A stretch of DNA of 64,000 nt from Eledone cirrhosa (GCA_964016885.1 CAXHJY010000522.1:62001-126000); one strand, 5' to 3'; counted from the stretch's first letter, positions 1 through 13,731 are shown. Translations and numbers: made by a program. Notes: a model not told the origin generated them from the sequence alone.

Positions 1-1058
1 TGATATTGTTCTATACGACAGGGAATAAAAGTTATGCACTGTTGTAAAGGTTAGCTGTCCAATAGATATGTATGTCTTGTCTATATTTGTGGAAAAAGAG
101 TATATCTATGGTGAATTAATGAAGAATCTACAACTCTTGTATCCTGATTATAGATATTCATTTATATCTATTTGTATGCATTATCATTGGTGTATTGGAC
201 TTTGTAACCTCATATTTGCATAAAAGTCTAAATATTCTGAGTTGTTTCAAGAAGGACCAAAACAAACTGATTCATATGCTCCAAATCCAATCGATTAGAA
301 TTACAGTGAAGATTTGCAAGACAGTACAAAGATTCTCCATTTGAGCTTTCTGGAAATGAACATATGTACACTATCACACGTACATAGGACATACACACAC
401 ACACATACACTCCCACAATGAGTGATTAAGTACATGCATTCAGGCACTAAAAAGATATGTACACCTATTATGTGATTTATGTGAGTGCAAGTATATCCAA
501 GCAATGCCTACATGTATGCACACATTAACTGACATATTTCACAAATCACTGGGCCTGTGATTTATGAATGCATTGTTCATAATTAGTTTGAATTCTAAAG
601 AAAAAAGAACTTAAATAAATTTCAAAGAAACAGACCATGTATTTCTTTGTGCATAATGTGCTTGAGTGTAATATAATATGAATCCTGCTTATGGAGCTAA
701 ATATATGAGAGCAAAGTGTAATATGACCTTGGAGTACAGCTATATCTTCATAAATTCCTTTGTAAACTTGTACCATGTTTCCCATCAACATTCATTTTCT
801 TATTACATTAAAGAATGTAAAACAACGGGAAGTTTAGTATTTTGTAAACAATTTTTATCAACTTATATCTGCAATCTTACCTTTTGAAATTAGTAATTTT
901 AAGTTCAGTAAAACATTTTTGAAAGGTGTCTTCATGTATAATACAACCCCAACATATTTGCTCTTAATTTTAGTTCAAAATTTTGCATATTATGCAAGAG
1001 AAAATGCAGTACACATATACACACACAGAAACACTGAGTAAGATAATAATAAACTTAC

Positions 1059-1201
1059 AGCTATAACGCATTTTTTGCTTAGCCATTCCTGTCTGTGCCA
1101 ATCTATACCATTGGAACATCTCCCGACAGCAGAGCACCAATTGCAGGAGAAGTTACTTTGTTGATTGAAGCATGTATTACAATCTTCAGCTAAATTACAA
1201 G
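1059..1201 (-). CDS. PLXDC2: Plexin domain-containing protein (PLXDC1/2-like), exon encoding the PSI domain
   Basis: Acceptor tttttccccAG, donor GTAAGT; 143 bp, phase 1 to 0. Translates (T)CNLAEDCNTCFNQQSNFSCNWCSAVGRCSNGIDWHRQEWLSKKCVIA, matching the PLXDC PSI pattern C..C..C..CxWC..RCSxGxDxHRQxW..C. Confidence 0.93.
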
Positions 1202-1801
1202 CTGGGGAAAAAAGAAAACAGAAATGTCATTTAGTAAATTCAAAAACTACTTTTAATCAAAACTAAGGGGCAATAAGGAAATTATCTAAAAAACAAAACA
1301 TCAAACATTTCAAAGCCACCGACCCTGCAAAAGCAGGAGTTATCATTGTGGGCCCCATGACAAGCTTGCCTATTTTTTCCTATCATCTGCATCCACTTCA
1401 TTAATGCCCTGATTTTCATTTCCTCCTTCAACATCTTTAGCAATGTCTTCCTTGATCTTTCCTTCCTCTACTTCCTACCACATAAATTTATATCACTCCT
1501 CTCAGCCAGTCACAGTCATTCTTTCTCAACACATGACCTCACCAACTTATTCCATTTCTCTTCACAACATTCAGCACTGGCCTTATTCCCATCATACTCT
1601 ACAATTAACTGCTTGTTTCTCCTCTCTGAGTCATACTCCACTCAGCCACTAGACCATTCTCATTTTCATTCTTTCCAGAGTAAAAGATACACTAGAGTTA
1701 CAAGGATGTCATACAAATCAAAGGGAGGAGATTAAGCTAGCTCACATAAAATCTGAAACTATACAAAACAAAGAGTTAAAGAAAATCATTAATAGACTTA
1801 C

Positions 1802-1894
1802 TTGGAAGTGGAGAAAGTATCACAACTGTTCTTTGTCGGATTTTTGTCTTGTCAATTGTTACTCTGTGGTACTCATAAATTATTCGAACTATAC
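1802..1894 (-). CDS. PLXDC2: PLXDC-like coding exon
   Basis: Acceptor ttttcttcaAG, donor GTAAGT; 93 bp, phase 1 to 1. Translates (G)IVRIIYEYHRVTIDKTKIRQRTVVILSPLP(T), with the PLXDC motif IYEYHRV...PLPT. Confidence 0.93.
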
Positions 1895-4177
1895 CTTGAA
1901 GAAAACGAAAATGAAAAATGAAATGAAATATACAGCTCACACTGATACATGTCTAACTGGCTTCCTACAAGGTTGCATCTCATAGGAGGTTTCTCAAGGA
2001 TTTTAATGATTGGGGCCCCAGCCCTATCATGAAAAGCAGCATAAAATGAAGCATCTTGCTGAAGAACACAACATGCCATCAGGTCCAGACATTGAACCTA
2101 CAACATTATGATTGTGAGTCCAACACTGTAACCACTAGGCCATGTTCCTTCACCTTGAAGAACATGAGGAAGAGAGAAAATGTGTACAGAATTAATATTC
2201 ACCTGCCAGTAAAGAAAATGCTAATCTACAGAATGACCTCACCTAACAACTAAAATAGAAATAACCCTTTTCATACCAACCTGCCTAAAACCACTTTTAG
2301 TTCTGATATAATCAATATCATCATCTTATAACAACAGCCAAAATCATAGGGCCCAGAAACCTACACTAGTATTCCCGATCCTGCATAGTTGTCATCAGGT
2401 CTTCATTGGCAATCCCCATATCACTGCTGATGGCATCCCCAAATGTAGGTTTCTTACTTTTATTGCCATTGAGTCAGAGTCTCCAAAGGATAAACAATGA
2501 TATTTCTTTTTCTGCTCTATAACAATGGTCTGCAAACTGAATCTTATTAGCTTTCACCAATGAAAAAAGTGGCATAAATTGTCATAATTTAGCTCTGGTT
2601 GGATGCATTTCCTGGAGACTGCATCAAATCAAAACCTCTTATGTTAAACTGTTTACATTTAAATAAAAATTATGGAAACAGTTTACTCAGAACCTGTCTG
2701 TAATGGCAGACCTTATTTAACAAAGGTGTCGAATCTGAACAAGAGAGCCACACATCCAGGCAGTGAAAACCAATGGTGAGCACTACAAAGCTTGATCAGT
2801 CAACACTTCATCTGAAGTCAAAGAAACACTTGTATATTCGACACTTATATCTGAACCATTGTAGTGGATTGGCAGAACTGTTACTGTGCTAGACAAATTA
2901 CCTTATGGTATTTGTTTCAGCTCTTTATGCTCTGAATTGAAATCCTGCCAAGGGCAACTTTGCCTTTCAGGGCCAGTAAAATAACAAACCAGTCAAGTAC
3001 AGTGGTTGATATAATCAACTTTCCTCTTGCACCAAACTGCTAACCTTGTGCCTAAATTAGAAACCATTATTTCAGCACCAGAATCTGATTCACCACCTAT
3101 CTACAGATATGCTAATCCCAATATATCATTTAAAGTCATAATTTCCACTAATATTACTGATGGATGGATAACGTATTTAAATTAAAAAGACCCAGTCTAA
3201 TTTTATGTAAAAACATTTTTGTTAAATTATTTTATAAAAGAAACAGAAAAATGAGTTATTTTAGTAAATCACTTCAAATTCTTGATTATCTTAGAAATTA
3301 ATTGAAATACACAGTGCAGTGTATATGATGAAAATTGATCATGGATCCTCCACTAACTTCAATGCGCTCTCAATTGTTCGATCAATTGAATTTCCAGCAC
3401 TTGAATAAATGTGTAAGTGGTTGAATATTCCAAAGACACATATGCTCTTAATGTAATTCTCAGGCAGAATCAGCAGAGTAATTGTGCTTTTTCATGGCTG
3501 ATGGTGTAGAATTGCATAACTACCATCACTTAGTCTGCACATCGATATTTTGGCTCTCTGAAACAATCATAAAACAATCGATTAACCAATCACCTCACTT
3601 TCTTTTTCTTACACTTTTATTTTAACATTATATATTAGACTCTGGATTTGAATACTCAACAATATATTCGAGGATATCGTATGCCCACAAAAATGGATAA
3701 CATTTTGCTTTGATTGAATATTCACATCAACACTATATTGAATTCCAAATCCTTTCTTGACAAGGTAGAACACTCAATTATGTGATTTGACCACTTCACT
3801 ATGTCTTTTGCCTATTAATACTAGTTCCAAGGCGATTGCACATACTAACTTGGATTAATTCAATTAATGTCTTTATTCCTATTATGCTTACATACCCACA
3901 TTTGTGTATTGCTTTCAATCATAGAAATTTCCTTGTACCATATCAATATCTAGATATTTTGTCTTTTTTTTTTCGTCCAACAGCAATTGTTTTTTTCATC
4001 CCAAATAGTTATCTTTCTTTAAATACTAATGATGCACTATTGGTGAATAATCCTGTCTTTGGAAGCATCTGAAACTATAATGAGCCCAAGAAGACAGCCG
4101 GTGAGCAGGAATAGTCCATGTACTGGTCTCTTCCCAGTTTTCTATATCCTGTATATGTCTCATGTGCTTTTTTTTAA

Positions 4178-4212
<35 letters not shown>

Positions 4213-6499
4213 AACACACACTTAGTGGTCGTTGATTTGAATTTAAGCAAAACCACTTTCTTATAGCAGTCATTAGCCTATATCAGAGGTTAGCTTTTTC
4301 TCCTGGGGGTGAGTTATTGATCTTTTAGGTAGTAGAGGGTACAGAGGTGATGTTATCTGCACTGTCTGTCACTGAACTATATTTTCAAAAGCTGGTCTTG
4401 TCAATCATGAGAAAACACATGTCATGTGTCCAAGACAGAATCGTCATATATATACACATATGTATATACACACACACACATACTTCAATAATTATGTGTA
4501 TATAAGCATGAACATGCATGTCTCATCAATCTACATTTTAATGCTTTGTTAATGTGACAAACAGACAAATAATGCCATTTTTTAACACTTATACATGACA
4601 TGTTACTGGTATTGCTAACTGTTAGATGAATAGGTTCACAGCTTGCAGTGAAGCTAAGAAGTTAAATCATTTGTTTTGAAAAGGATTCACTATTAAAGCT
4701 TGTGTTTGACAGCCTCAAACTACCTGTGTTGACATGTTTGTCTAAACTTATTTCAAATAAACTTTCAGCAATAGAGTCATTACATTGTAAATGTCTCTTA
4801 TTTTCTGCAAATTCAAGGTCATAATTCTGAAACTCATCAGAAGTCTTAACACTTTCAGGTAAAGACCAGTGAAGGCATGTGGTCGAGTGGTTAGGATGTT
4901 GGACTCATGATTCAAATCCAGGACTGGATGACAAATTATGTTCTTGAGCAAGGCATTTTACATTGCTTTTCATGACAGGACTGGGTCCTCTATCATTAAA
5001 ACACTTGAGAAACCTCATATTAGATACAACTATGGAAGAGGCCAATTAAACCTGCATAGGTGTGATCTGTAAATTTCATTTTTATTTTCAAAGATGTTGA
5101 CTAACATGTAAAGAGACTGATGGAAGGGACATGATTGGTTCTAAGTGAACTAATGTGATTGTTAAAATCGTGATGCTTCAGCTGTTGTTAAACATGTAGA
5201 TCCTAACCAGGCATTTACAAGCTGAAAATATTTCATGTATGCTCCATTCCTTGAAAAAGTGTTAAATAAAAAAGCTTTATTTAGAATTCACAACACCCAA
5301 TTAAAAAAGGGGGAGTGCAAATTTTACACTCTTGGTTGGACAGTATATCTCAGAAAAAAAAAATGTCAAGTTCATTATTTTCATTTAATTATCCATGTGT
5401 ATCAGATTTAGAATATATACAATTGAATAGCCATCCAATTGTTGGGCTGACCAAGGAATGGATTGGTTACTTGACTAATATTGGAACCAAAGGGAAACTC
5501 AACTGGCACACATGCTTTTGTTGTCAGCATGACCCTCACAAAGTATTACAGTTTCACATAAAAAATCTTGCAAAACAAACACAAAATGATATATGTGTGT
5601 GTGTATATATATATATAAACATAATTTATAAAGCCTACAGTGACATCTATTTGTGTCACCCATAAACACATGCATCTCAGTGTAGCACTTCAACAGATGT
5701 TAGTGGCATATACCATACTTCAAGCAAAGTAATGGTTGGCTTCAGGAATAGTATTTGGTCATAGAAAACCTGTTAGAAAAAGATCTCGTCCATGTCATGC
5801 AAGCAAGGAGAAATGGTCACATGATGACGATGACAGCACCATATCCTTGCATGTTGTAAAAGGCATCTAAAAGGATTGGTGCTAGGAAGAATATCTGACT
5901 GTAAAACATTGCCTCAGATAGACCATAATGAGTGTAAGTTCTATCATGGGGTCTGCAAGGATTACCTCTGTTTTAGCACAGAAACTAGCCTTAAAACATT
6001 TGTTATGGCCCTTAGAGACACTAAATTTCAATTAATTCATCATTGTTGTTATCACCATTTAATATCTATTTTCCCTGCTAGCAAGGGTTGGACATGTTAT
6101 CACTGTCAGGTCAGTATTTGAGTGAAACCTGACCTCTTTGTGGGCTGGGAGCCTGACATTTGACTCTGCGCTCTAGCAAGTGCATTTTATCATGACTCCT
6201 TGGCATAGCTGAAGACTCTTTCCAATTCCAACCCTTTGTTTAGAGGGTTTTCTATGGCTGGAAGCCCTTCTTATTACCACTTTACAGAGTGAATTAGTTA
6301 ATTAATGAAGAATTTATTTAATCAATGAAGAATTTTATTAAGATAGTATTTGTAATATAAATAATCTCATATATTAATTATGGTAAAAGACTTTAATCTA
6401 AATAAGAATCCTTTAAAATGATATCAAAAATTTAAAGAACAATGAAGCAACTGACTCCAAATATTATAAAGCTAATTAACAAAATGTATACAAACTTAC

Positions 6500-6593
6500 C
6501 TGCTTTACCTACTTTATCTATGTAATATGCATCTGATAATCCTATTTTGACAGGATGGTTGTTTGTACTGATAGAATGAGGAGCTATTGGTAA
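6500..6593 (-). CDS. PLXDC2: PLXDC-like coding exon
   Basis: Acceptor tttctatttatAG, donor GTAAGT; 94 bp, phase 0 to 1. Translates LPIAPHSISTNNHPVKIGLSDAYYIDKVGKA(G), with the motif HPVKxGLSDA. Confidence 0.93.
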
Positions 6594-6701
6594 CTATAAA
6601 TAGAAATTAAATTCATGTCTTATAAAATGATAAATAAAGCAGTGAAATGTTGTACTGAATATACAATTAGTTTTACTGTAAAGTATAGGACTTTATAGTA
6701 A

Positions 6702-6910
6702 GGGCAGTCGATTGGCAATACTGGTAGAACACTCTACAACATGCTTTGCAGCATAGACTTACGGCCCTTTATGTCCTGAGTTCAAATCCTGCCGAGGTTA
6801 GCTTTGCCTTTCATCTTTACGGGGTTGATAAAATAAAGTACCAGTAATGCACTGGGTTCGATTTAATCAACTTTCCTCTTCCCCCAAATTGCTGGCCTCG
6901 TGCTTATAGA
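6702..6910 (+). mobile_element. tRNA-derived SINE, family 1 (core GCCTTTCATC..CGGGGTCGATAAAATAAAGTACCAG)
   Basis: A-box-like TTGGCAATACTGGTAG and B-box GAGTTCAAATCC. The core is shared with copies at about 2866-3070, 7379-7560, 19760-19946, 23721-23900, 50525-50650, 50910-51078 and 55300-55450. Confidence 0.8.
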
Positions 6911-7271
6911 AAAAAAATCACTATAAAGTATGACTTCTTTCATAAAAACATTAACACCAGAGAAGGCAGAAAATTTGCCAGACTCATTAGAATGTTATAT
7001 AACATGCTTTGTGGTATTTGTTTTAGTTCTGTGTGCTCTCAGCTCGGTCTACTCGGCTGGCAAAAATGAGCTGTACCTGTAATTCAAGGGGTTAAGTCTT
7101 GTCACAAACTATATCATGTTGAATTTCCCAAAAACTATAGCTGAGGATGCACATGTCTGTGGAATGCTCAGCCAGACACACATTAATTTCACAAGCAGGC
7201 TGTTCCATTGATTGAATCAACAGGAGCACTCAGTGGTAGAAATGCTGGAGGTGCAGCAATATATATGTATA

Positions 7272-7848
7272 CAGTGAATTTTCGCTTATCCGGATGGTCA
7301 AAACCAAACAGTTAGAAAAAGATCCGGTTAAGTGAAATATCCGGATAAGCGAATTCTAAAATCCCATAGTTACATAATTGTTTCTACTTTAGGCACAAGG
7401 CCAGCAATTACCCAGTACATTACTGGTACTTTATTTTATCGACCCCGTAAGGATGAAAGGCAAAGTTAACCTCGGCGGGATTTGAACTCAGACTGTAAAG
7501 GGACGTAACTATGCTAGAAAGCATGGCGTCCAACCCTCTAGCGATACTGCCAATTCACTGCCATAGTTACATAATGCTTGTGGTTTCTAATGTTTTGGTG
7601 TCTTTTAGTCAAAATAAAAGACAAATGCTAAGTAAAGAAAGTTTATTAGAATAACAAAAGAACAGCTAGAATTTATAAGAAAATTAATTAAACAAACATA
7701 AGAATAACTAAAAACTTGGTAAAACTGAATTGAGTCAAACCATAAAAAGTTAGTACTTTTTTAAAAATGAATAAATAGTAGTATAGAAATAGCCGTCCGG
7801 TAAATCGAAGTTCGGGAAAGCGATATCCAGATAAGCGAAGATGCACTG
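7272..7848. mobile_element. Tc1/mariner (pogo/Tigger-like) MITE interrupted by a SINE
   Basis: TIRs CAGTGAATTTTCGCTTATCCGGA and CAGTGCATCTTCGCTTATCTGGA, flanked by TA on both sides. Confidence 0.8.
7379..7560 (-). mobile_element. SINE family 1 copy inserted in the MITE
   Basis: 15 bp TSD CCATAGTTACATAAT at 7364-7378 and 7561-7575; A/B boxes on the minus strand. Confidence 0.88.
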
Positions 7849-8015
7849 TATATTTATATATGCAAGTATACACACACACACATGTATACATACATACATA
7901 CACATGTTAGATTACCTATATCATAAATTTATTTTCCAATTGCTTTCTAAATTAATACACTAAAATATGATAATAAATTCCAATTTAAATTTAACTGCAC
8001 AAGAAGTCATCTTAC

Positions 8016-8080
8016 CTTTTTATATACAAACTTTATTGTGCCATCTCTCAAAAGAATGACTTGGAAATTAAAGGAACCAT
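8016..8080 (-). CDS. PLXDC2: PLXDC-like coding exon
   Basis: Acceptor tttatttgcAG, donor GTAAGA; 65 bp, phase 1 to 0. Translates (D)GSFNFQVILLRDGTIKFVYKK, with the motif GSFxFQ...DGxIxFxYK. Confidence 0.92.
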
Positions 8081-8191
8081 CTGCAAATAAATAAAACAAA
8101 TTCCTCTCATTACCAGTTTAACAGCCATTGTTAGTCATATACCTTATATATACATATATACCTAATATATGTGTTTTTGTTTTTATATATA

Positions 8192-8284
8192 TACAGGGTG
8201 TCTCCAAAAAATATATACATACTTCAACAGCATTCTAATAAAAGTATGTATACATTTTTTTTTGGGGGGGGGGGGGCACCCTAT
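8192..8284. mobile_element. Short Tc1/mariner-type MITE (degenerate)
   Basis: Starts TACAGGGTG..CCAAAAAATATATACATACTT, with an inverted counterpart AAGTATGTATACATTTTTTTTGG..CACCCT. Confidence 0.55.
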
Positions 8285-9779
8285 GTGTGTGTATATATAT
8301 ATACACACACATACATATCATCATCATTTAACGTCCATCTTCCACGGTTAAAAAAAGATCCCATTTTCCTAACAATTATCGTAACATATACTTCATAAGA
8401 GCAGTGTTGGTGCCATGATAAAATGCCCCCATTACACTCTGTAAAATGGTAGTGCTGGTGCCATGTCAATATATACCCAGTACACTCTGTAAAGTGCTTG
8501 GCTATAGGAAGGAAATCCAACTGTAGAACACATGTCAAAATTGGAATGTATGTAAGTGAGATATGGATATAGGAGGACAGTAATTCCAATTAAGCACTGA
8601 CTTAGTCTGTGACAACCTCTCCAACACATGCCAGCTGTAAGATGAACAGATGATGATGAAGGATCAATGTGGCTAAATCACCAACATAATTTTTATGTCA
8701 GTCTTTTTATAATAATTCTACATAAAATATATACTAATACTGACAAATATATATGACCAGATATATAAGCTCCATCAGGTGTTTAAGCCCCCACCCCTTC
8801 CCGGATAGATAGATTTTATTATAGTACTATATTGGCTTCAACTTTTATGAATAAGTGAGCATTTAAGGTTGATGCATTACTCAGAATACTTCCAAGATCT
8901 AATATATTTTAAATTAAACAAATTACAATAATCATGTTGAATGGCAACTGCAAATGGACACACTACATTTTTATCAAACACTAATTAATAGACATCTCAT
9001 TCTATTTCTCTATTTCAATTTATTAAACTCATTATACAATGATTGAGTTTAATTATTTTTTGTCATGAATAAGATGAGTTAAATGAATCAGATTGTTACT
9101 AGTATATTATAAACACTGCAATGCTAATGACCTCATTAAATCAAATTGGGATTTTAAAACTGGTAAGAAACATGTTAGTATGTACAGTTTTTACTTTAAC
9201 CAAATGTAACTAATAAAATTACAGCAGAAATAACAAGTTTACATTAATAGTAACATTTTCACTGTTAAACCATGACAACAAATGAATATTACTAAATTAA
9301 CAATGTATATGCGTGTCTATGTCACAACTAGATCATGATTTTCATCAATAACTTTGTGTGCGTGTGTGTGTATGTGTGTGTGTGTGCGCAGTCTTGGATT
9401 TTCATCAATAATTTAAACTCAATTCATTCCTGACATCTTTATGCAAAGAATAAAAGTGATTTACTTTGACATTTCCTTTACTAGAATAATACATTCATTT
9501 GATTCTATTTACCTTGCACTAAGAAGACATGGACTGAGGTGGTGAAGTATCTGAACCTCACAAAGATATGACAAAGGAAAAAGACAAGTAGAGAGATGTT
9601 ACATAATAAAGGACTTGTTAAACTATGGAAAAATGTAATGATGATGATGGTATATTTGTGAAAGAAGGAGGTCTTATTCCTTATGCTTCATATTAATTTT
9701 ATACAAATTATATGACAAATACACGAATTTGACTTTTGAAATTTGCTTTTCAGAAATTCATATACTATATAAGATATTC

Positions 9780-12700
9780 TACTAGTACTGAACAACCATT
9801 CGTTGATCATGTAATTTCTTTTGGTGTCCATGTTTTCCTTTCTCAAGAAAACGTTTTTTTCTTAATGTTATATCCACATAGAGTTGATTTGGATTCGTTC
9901 CAGCCACCCATCCATACAAATTTTTCGAAGGTATCTAGCTCTTATGACGCTATTATTATTAATATTATTCCTGTTTTTGCTGTATTATTTCGGCTATTTG
10001 CCATGCGGTATTCTATTCTATCGGTTAGTTAAGTTTGTTAGCCTTGACGGCGACCCTCAGTGCCTACCTCACAATTTCCCTCCCACCCACCCCCTCACAC
10101 CACCATAGCCTATTCGACCAATCAAACCTCAGCATGCCATTTCTTCTGCTGCTGCTACTACTACTACTACTACTACCACCTAACTAACTCTCTCCTCCCC
10201 TGTCGCAGCCCAACACACCCTGCCATTATCCCACCACCACTGTTCTTCTAGCCCTCAATTTTCCCACCGTTATGGATGGATGAGCTGAGAATAAATTTGA
10301 GCAACTCTGAATCAATAGATGAAATATGAATCTGCGAGCTACCAAGCACCCATGTGAAGCGCCAACCCAGAGACCCTTCCCTACGAGTGTCGACAAATGC
10401 CCAAAACTCAGAGTTGGTACCATCAATGTAGGCTCAATGAAAGGAAGAGCAGGAGAAATCGTAGAAATGCTAGAGCGAAAGGAAATTGATGTATGCTGTG
10501 TGCAAGAGACTAGATGGAGAGGAGAGTCTACCAGAGTCCTTGTAGGAAAAAGTCGGTGCTACAAATTTTTCTGGGTAGGAAATGACGATGGGATGGGTGG
10601 TGTAGGTATCCTAGTAGCTGACAAGTGGGTAGATAAAGTAATCTCAGTGTACAGGGTAAATGCAAAAATCATTAAACTCAGACTAGTCCTGAATAAAACA
10701 ATTACCACAATAATATCAGCTTACGCACCCCAATCAGGGCTGCCAGACGAACTTAAGGATAGGTTTTACGAGTCCCTAATGCACACTACTGCTCTAACAG
10801 ACGACAATGACTTCCTAATCATCGCAGGAGATTTTAACGGACACGTAGGTAAACACTGTGACGGCTTCAATAGAGTCCATGGAGGCCATGGGTTGGCACA
10901 AGAAATGAGGAAGGATTCAGACTTCTAGAATTCTGCGACGCCAATGAGATGTCGATATGTAACACAAACTTTAAAAAACCCGACAACCACCTGATCACCT
11001 ATAGATCAGGGGAGCATTCTAGTCAGATAGATTTTATCCTCATCAGAGGAAGTGACAGATGGACGGTCGTAAACACAAAAGCCTTGCCTAGTGAGGAATG
11101 TACATCCCAACATAGCTTAGTTGTCAGCGACCTCACGGTCAGAACTAGACGAACCTGGAAACAGAGGCCAACCTGGAGAAGAAAGATCTGGAAGCTGAAA
11201 GTCCCCTCAACCAGTAACAGATTTAAAGATATTTTACTCAACGCCTACGACAGTAAAGAAGAACAGATACAGACATTTAATGTAGAAGAGAACTGGGAGT
11301 TCCTAAAAAAAATAATTTACTAGAGGCGACGGATGAGGTCTGTGGCTGGAGTAAGACCTCAAGCAGGAGGAGAGTGACTTGGTGGTGGAACAATAAGGTA
11401 GATGAAGCAGTTAAGGCCAAGAGACAGGCATGGAAAGAATGGAAGAACGGGGGGAGCAGGGTACATTACATAGAGACCAAGAGGGAAGCTAGGCGACAAG
11501 TATACTTAGCTAGGAGGGAAGCAGAGGATAGAAAATTCAAGCATGTTTTGCAACGTGAGGACCAGAAACAGGAGGTATTCAAGATTGCGAGGCAGTGTGT
11601 CAGAGATAGTTGTGATGTCATTGGAGAGAAGTGTATCCGGAATGATAAAGGTGAGCTTGCCCTCACAAGTGCTGAGAAGAAAGATGCATGGAAGAGTCAT
11701 TATGATAGATTACTAAATGTGGAGAATGCATGGGAAGAAGAGACCCTACCCCAAGTAGACCCTATAGAGGGGCCAGCAGTACAAGTCAGCAGCAACGTAG
11801 TAAGTAAGGCAATCAAAGATATGAAGATGGGGAAGGCAACCGGTCCATCGGGTATAGCTGCCGAGATGCTGAAGGCATCTGGGTCTGTAGGTCACACTAT
11901 AACCACACGTATTGTTAACCAGGTAATACTAGAAGGTGTCATACCAAAAGATTGGTGCAGTAGCATCATTGTCAACTGCTACAAAGGTAAAGGCGATGCA
12001 CTAGATAGAGGAAACTATAGAGGTATGAAGTTGATGGACCAGGTCATGAAAGTAACAGAAAGAGTTATAGCACAGTTGATTAGGGACTGGGTGAAAATAG
12101 ACGAGATGCAATTTGGGTTTGTACCAAGAAGAGGCACCACTGATGCCCTCTTCCTTGTGAGGCAGTTACAGGAAAAGTACCTAGCTAAAAGTAAGCCACT
12201 CTACTTGGCATTTGTCGACCTTGAGAAAGCCTTTGACAGAGTTCCATGTGCTGTAATCTGGTGGGCTCTTAGAAAACTAGGAGTAGATGAATGGCTTGTG
12301 AAAGCGGTACAAGCCATGTATAGGGGAGCAGTCAGCAAAGTTAGGATTAGCAATGAGTATAGCGAGGAATTTAGCGTACAGGTTGGGTTCCACCAGGGCT
12401 CTGTTCTTAGCCCCCTCCTGTTTATCATAGTCCTGCAGGCAATAACGGAGGAGTTTAAGACCGGATGCCCATGGGAACTCCTGTATGCTGATGACCTCGC
12501 ACTCATAGCTGAATCTATGGTAGAACTAGAGAAGAAATTCCAAACTTGGAAGCAGGGACTAGAAAGAAAGGGTCTCAAAGTCAACATAACAAAGACTAAG
12601 GTCCTTGTAAGTAGACGAGAAAACAGAACCCAGATCCCCTCAGGGAAATGGCCTTGCTCAGTATGTAGGAAAGGTGTATGTAGGAACTCCATTCTCTGCC

Positions 12701-13731
12701 CCAAATGCAAACAATGGGTACACAAGAGATGTAGCGAGATCTCAGGAAGCTTAATTAAGAATGTAGGCTTCACATGCAGCAGCTGTGCTGGGACAGCAAA
12801 CAGCAAACAGCCACAGGAAACAAGTACCACCAATCTCTGGGAGGGCTCTGTAGACAGCTTCTGCTACCTAGGTGACCGGATTAGCAGCGGAGGTAGGTGT
12901 TCAGAAAGTACAATAACTAGGGTAAGAACGGGATGGAAGAAGTTTAGGGAACTACTACCACTGCTAGCTGCAAAAGGCTTCTCCCTCAGAATGAAAGGCA
13001 GACTGTATGATGCGTGTATCTGAACAGCAATGTTGCATGGTAGTGAGACCTGGGCGCTGAAGGTGGAAGACTTACGTAGATTAGAGAGAAACGAAGCCTG
13101 CATGCTCCGATGGATGTGTAACAGTAATATACGTGAACGACAAAGCATAAATGAATTAAGAGAGAGACTGAGCATAAGAGGAATCAAATGCTGTGTGCAG
13201 GAGAGGCGGCTGCGCTGGTATGGACATGCAATGCGTATGAAGGATGACAGCTGCATAAAAAGCTGCAGAGCAGTAGAAGTTGATGGAAACCGCGGAGTGG
13301 GGAGACCCAAGATGACCTGGGATGAGGTGATAAAAGCCGACCTTACCCAATTACACCTGTCAAAGGCAATGACACACGACCGTGACCTCTGGCGTCACGC
13401 AGTAATACAGAGTACTCGACCTCCCATGGGTACAAGCTGAAGCATATAGACAATATGCCCCCACTGCAAGGTGGTCGTGGAGGTGCCACGGCAAAAAAGC
13501 ACCTAGCCCACACTGTAAAGTGGACGTGTAGGCGCCACGAAAAAGCACCCAGCACTCACTGTAAATGAAGTTGGTGTTAGGAAGGGCATCTAGCTGTGGA
13601 AATCAAGCCAAATCAGTTCCTGTATGAGCAAGGCATGGTCAGCTGACCAGACACTGCCCACAACAGGACAACCCGTATAACCCATGCTAGTGTGGAAGAA
13701 CGGACGTAAAACGGTGATGATGATGATGATG
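9780..13731 (+). mobile_element. Near full-length RTE-clade LINE (subfamily A): APE endonuclease, RT and PHD-type finger
   Basis: ORF segments 10326-10928, 10949-11323, 11374-13023 and 13030-13440 contain GTINVGSM, CVQETRW, AGDFNGHVG, AFVDLEKAFDRV, QGSVLSP, LLYADD, HGSETW and RLRWYGH. There are two frameshifts and one TGA stop, and a (GAT)n tail. The 5' boundary is approximate. Confidence 0.95.

Noticed and set aside
305-349. Possible next PLXDC exon (ttcatttccAG KAQMENLCTVLQIFT GTAATT)
   Set aside because: The phase fits, but the splice signals are weak and there is no convincing homology; it needs RNA-seq.
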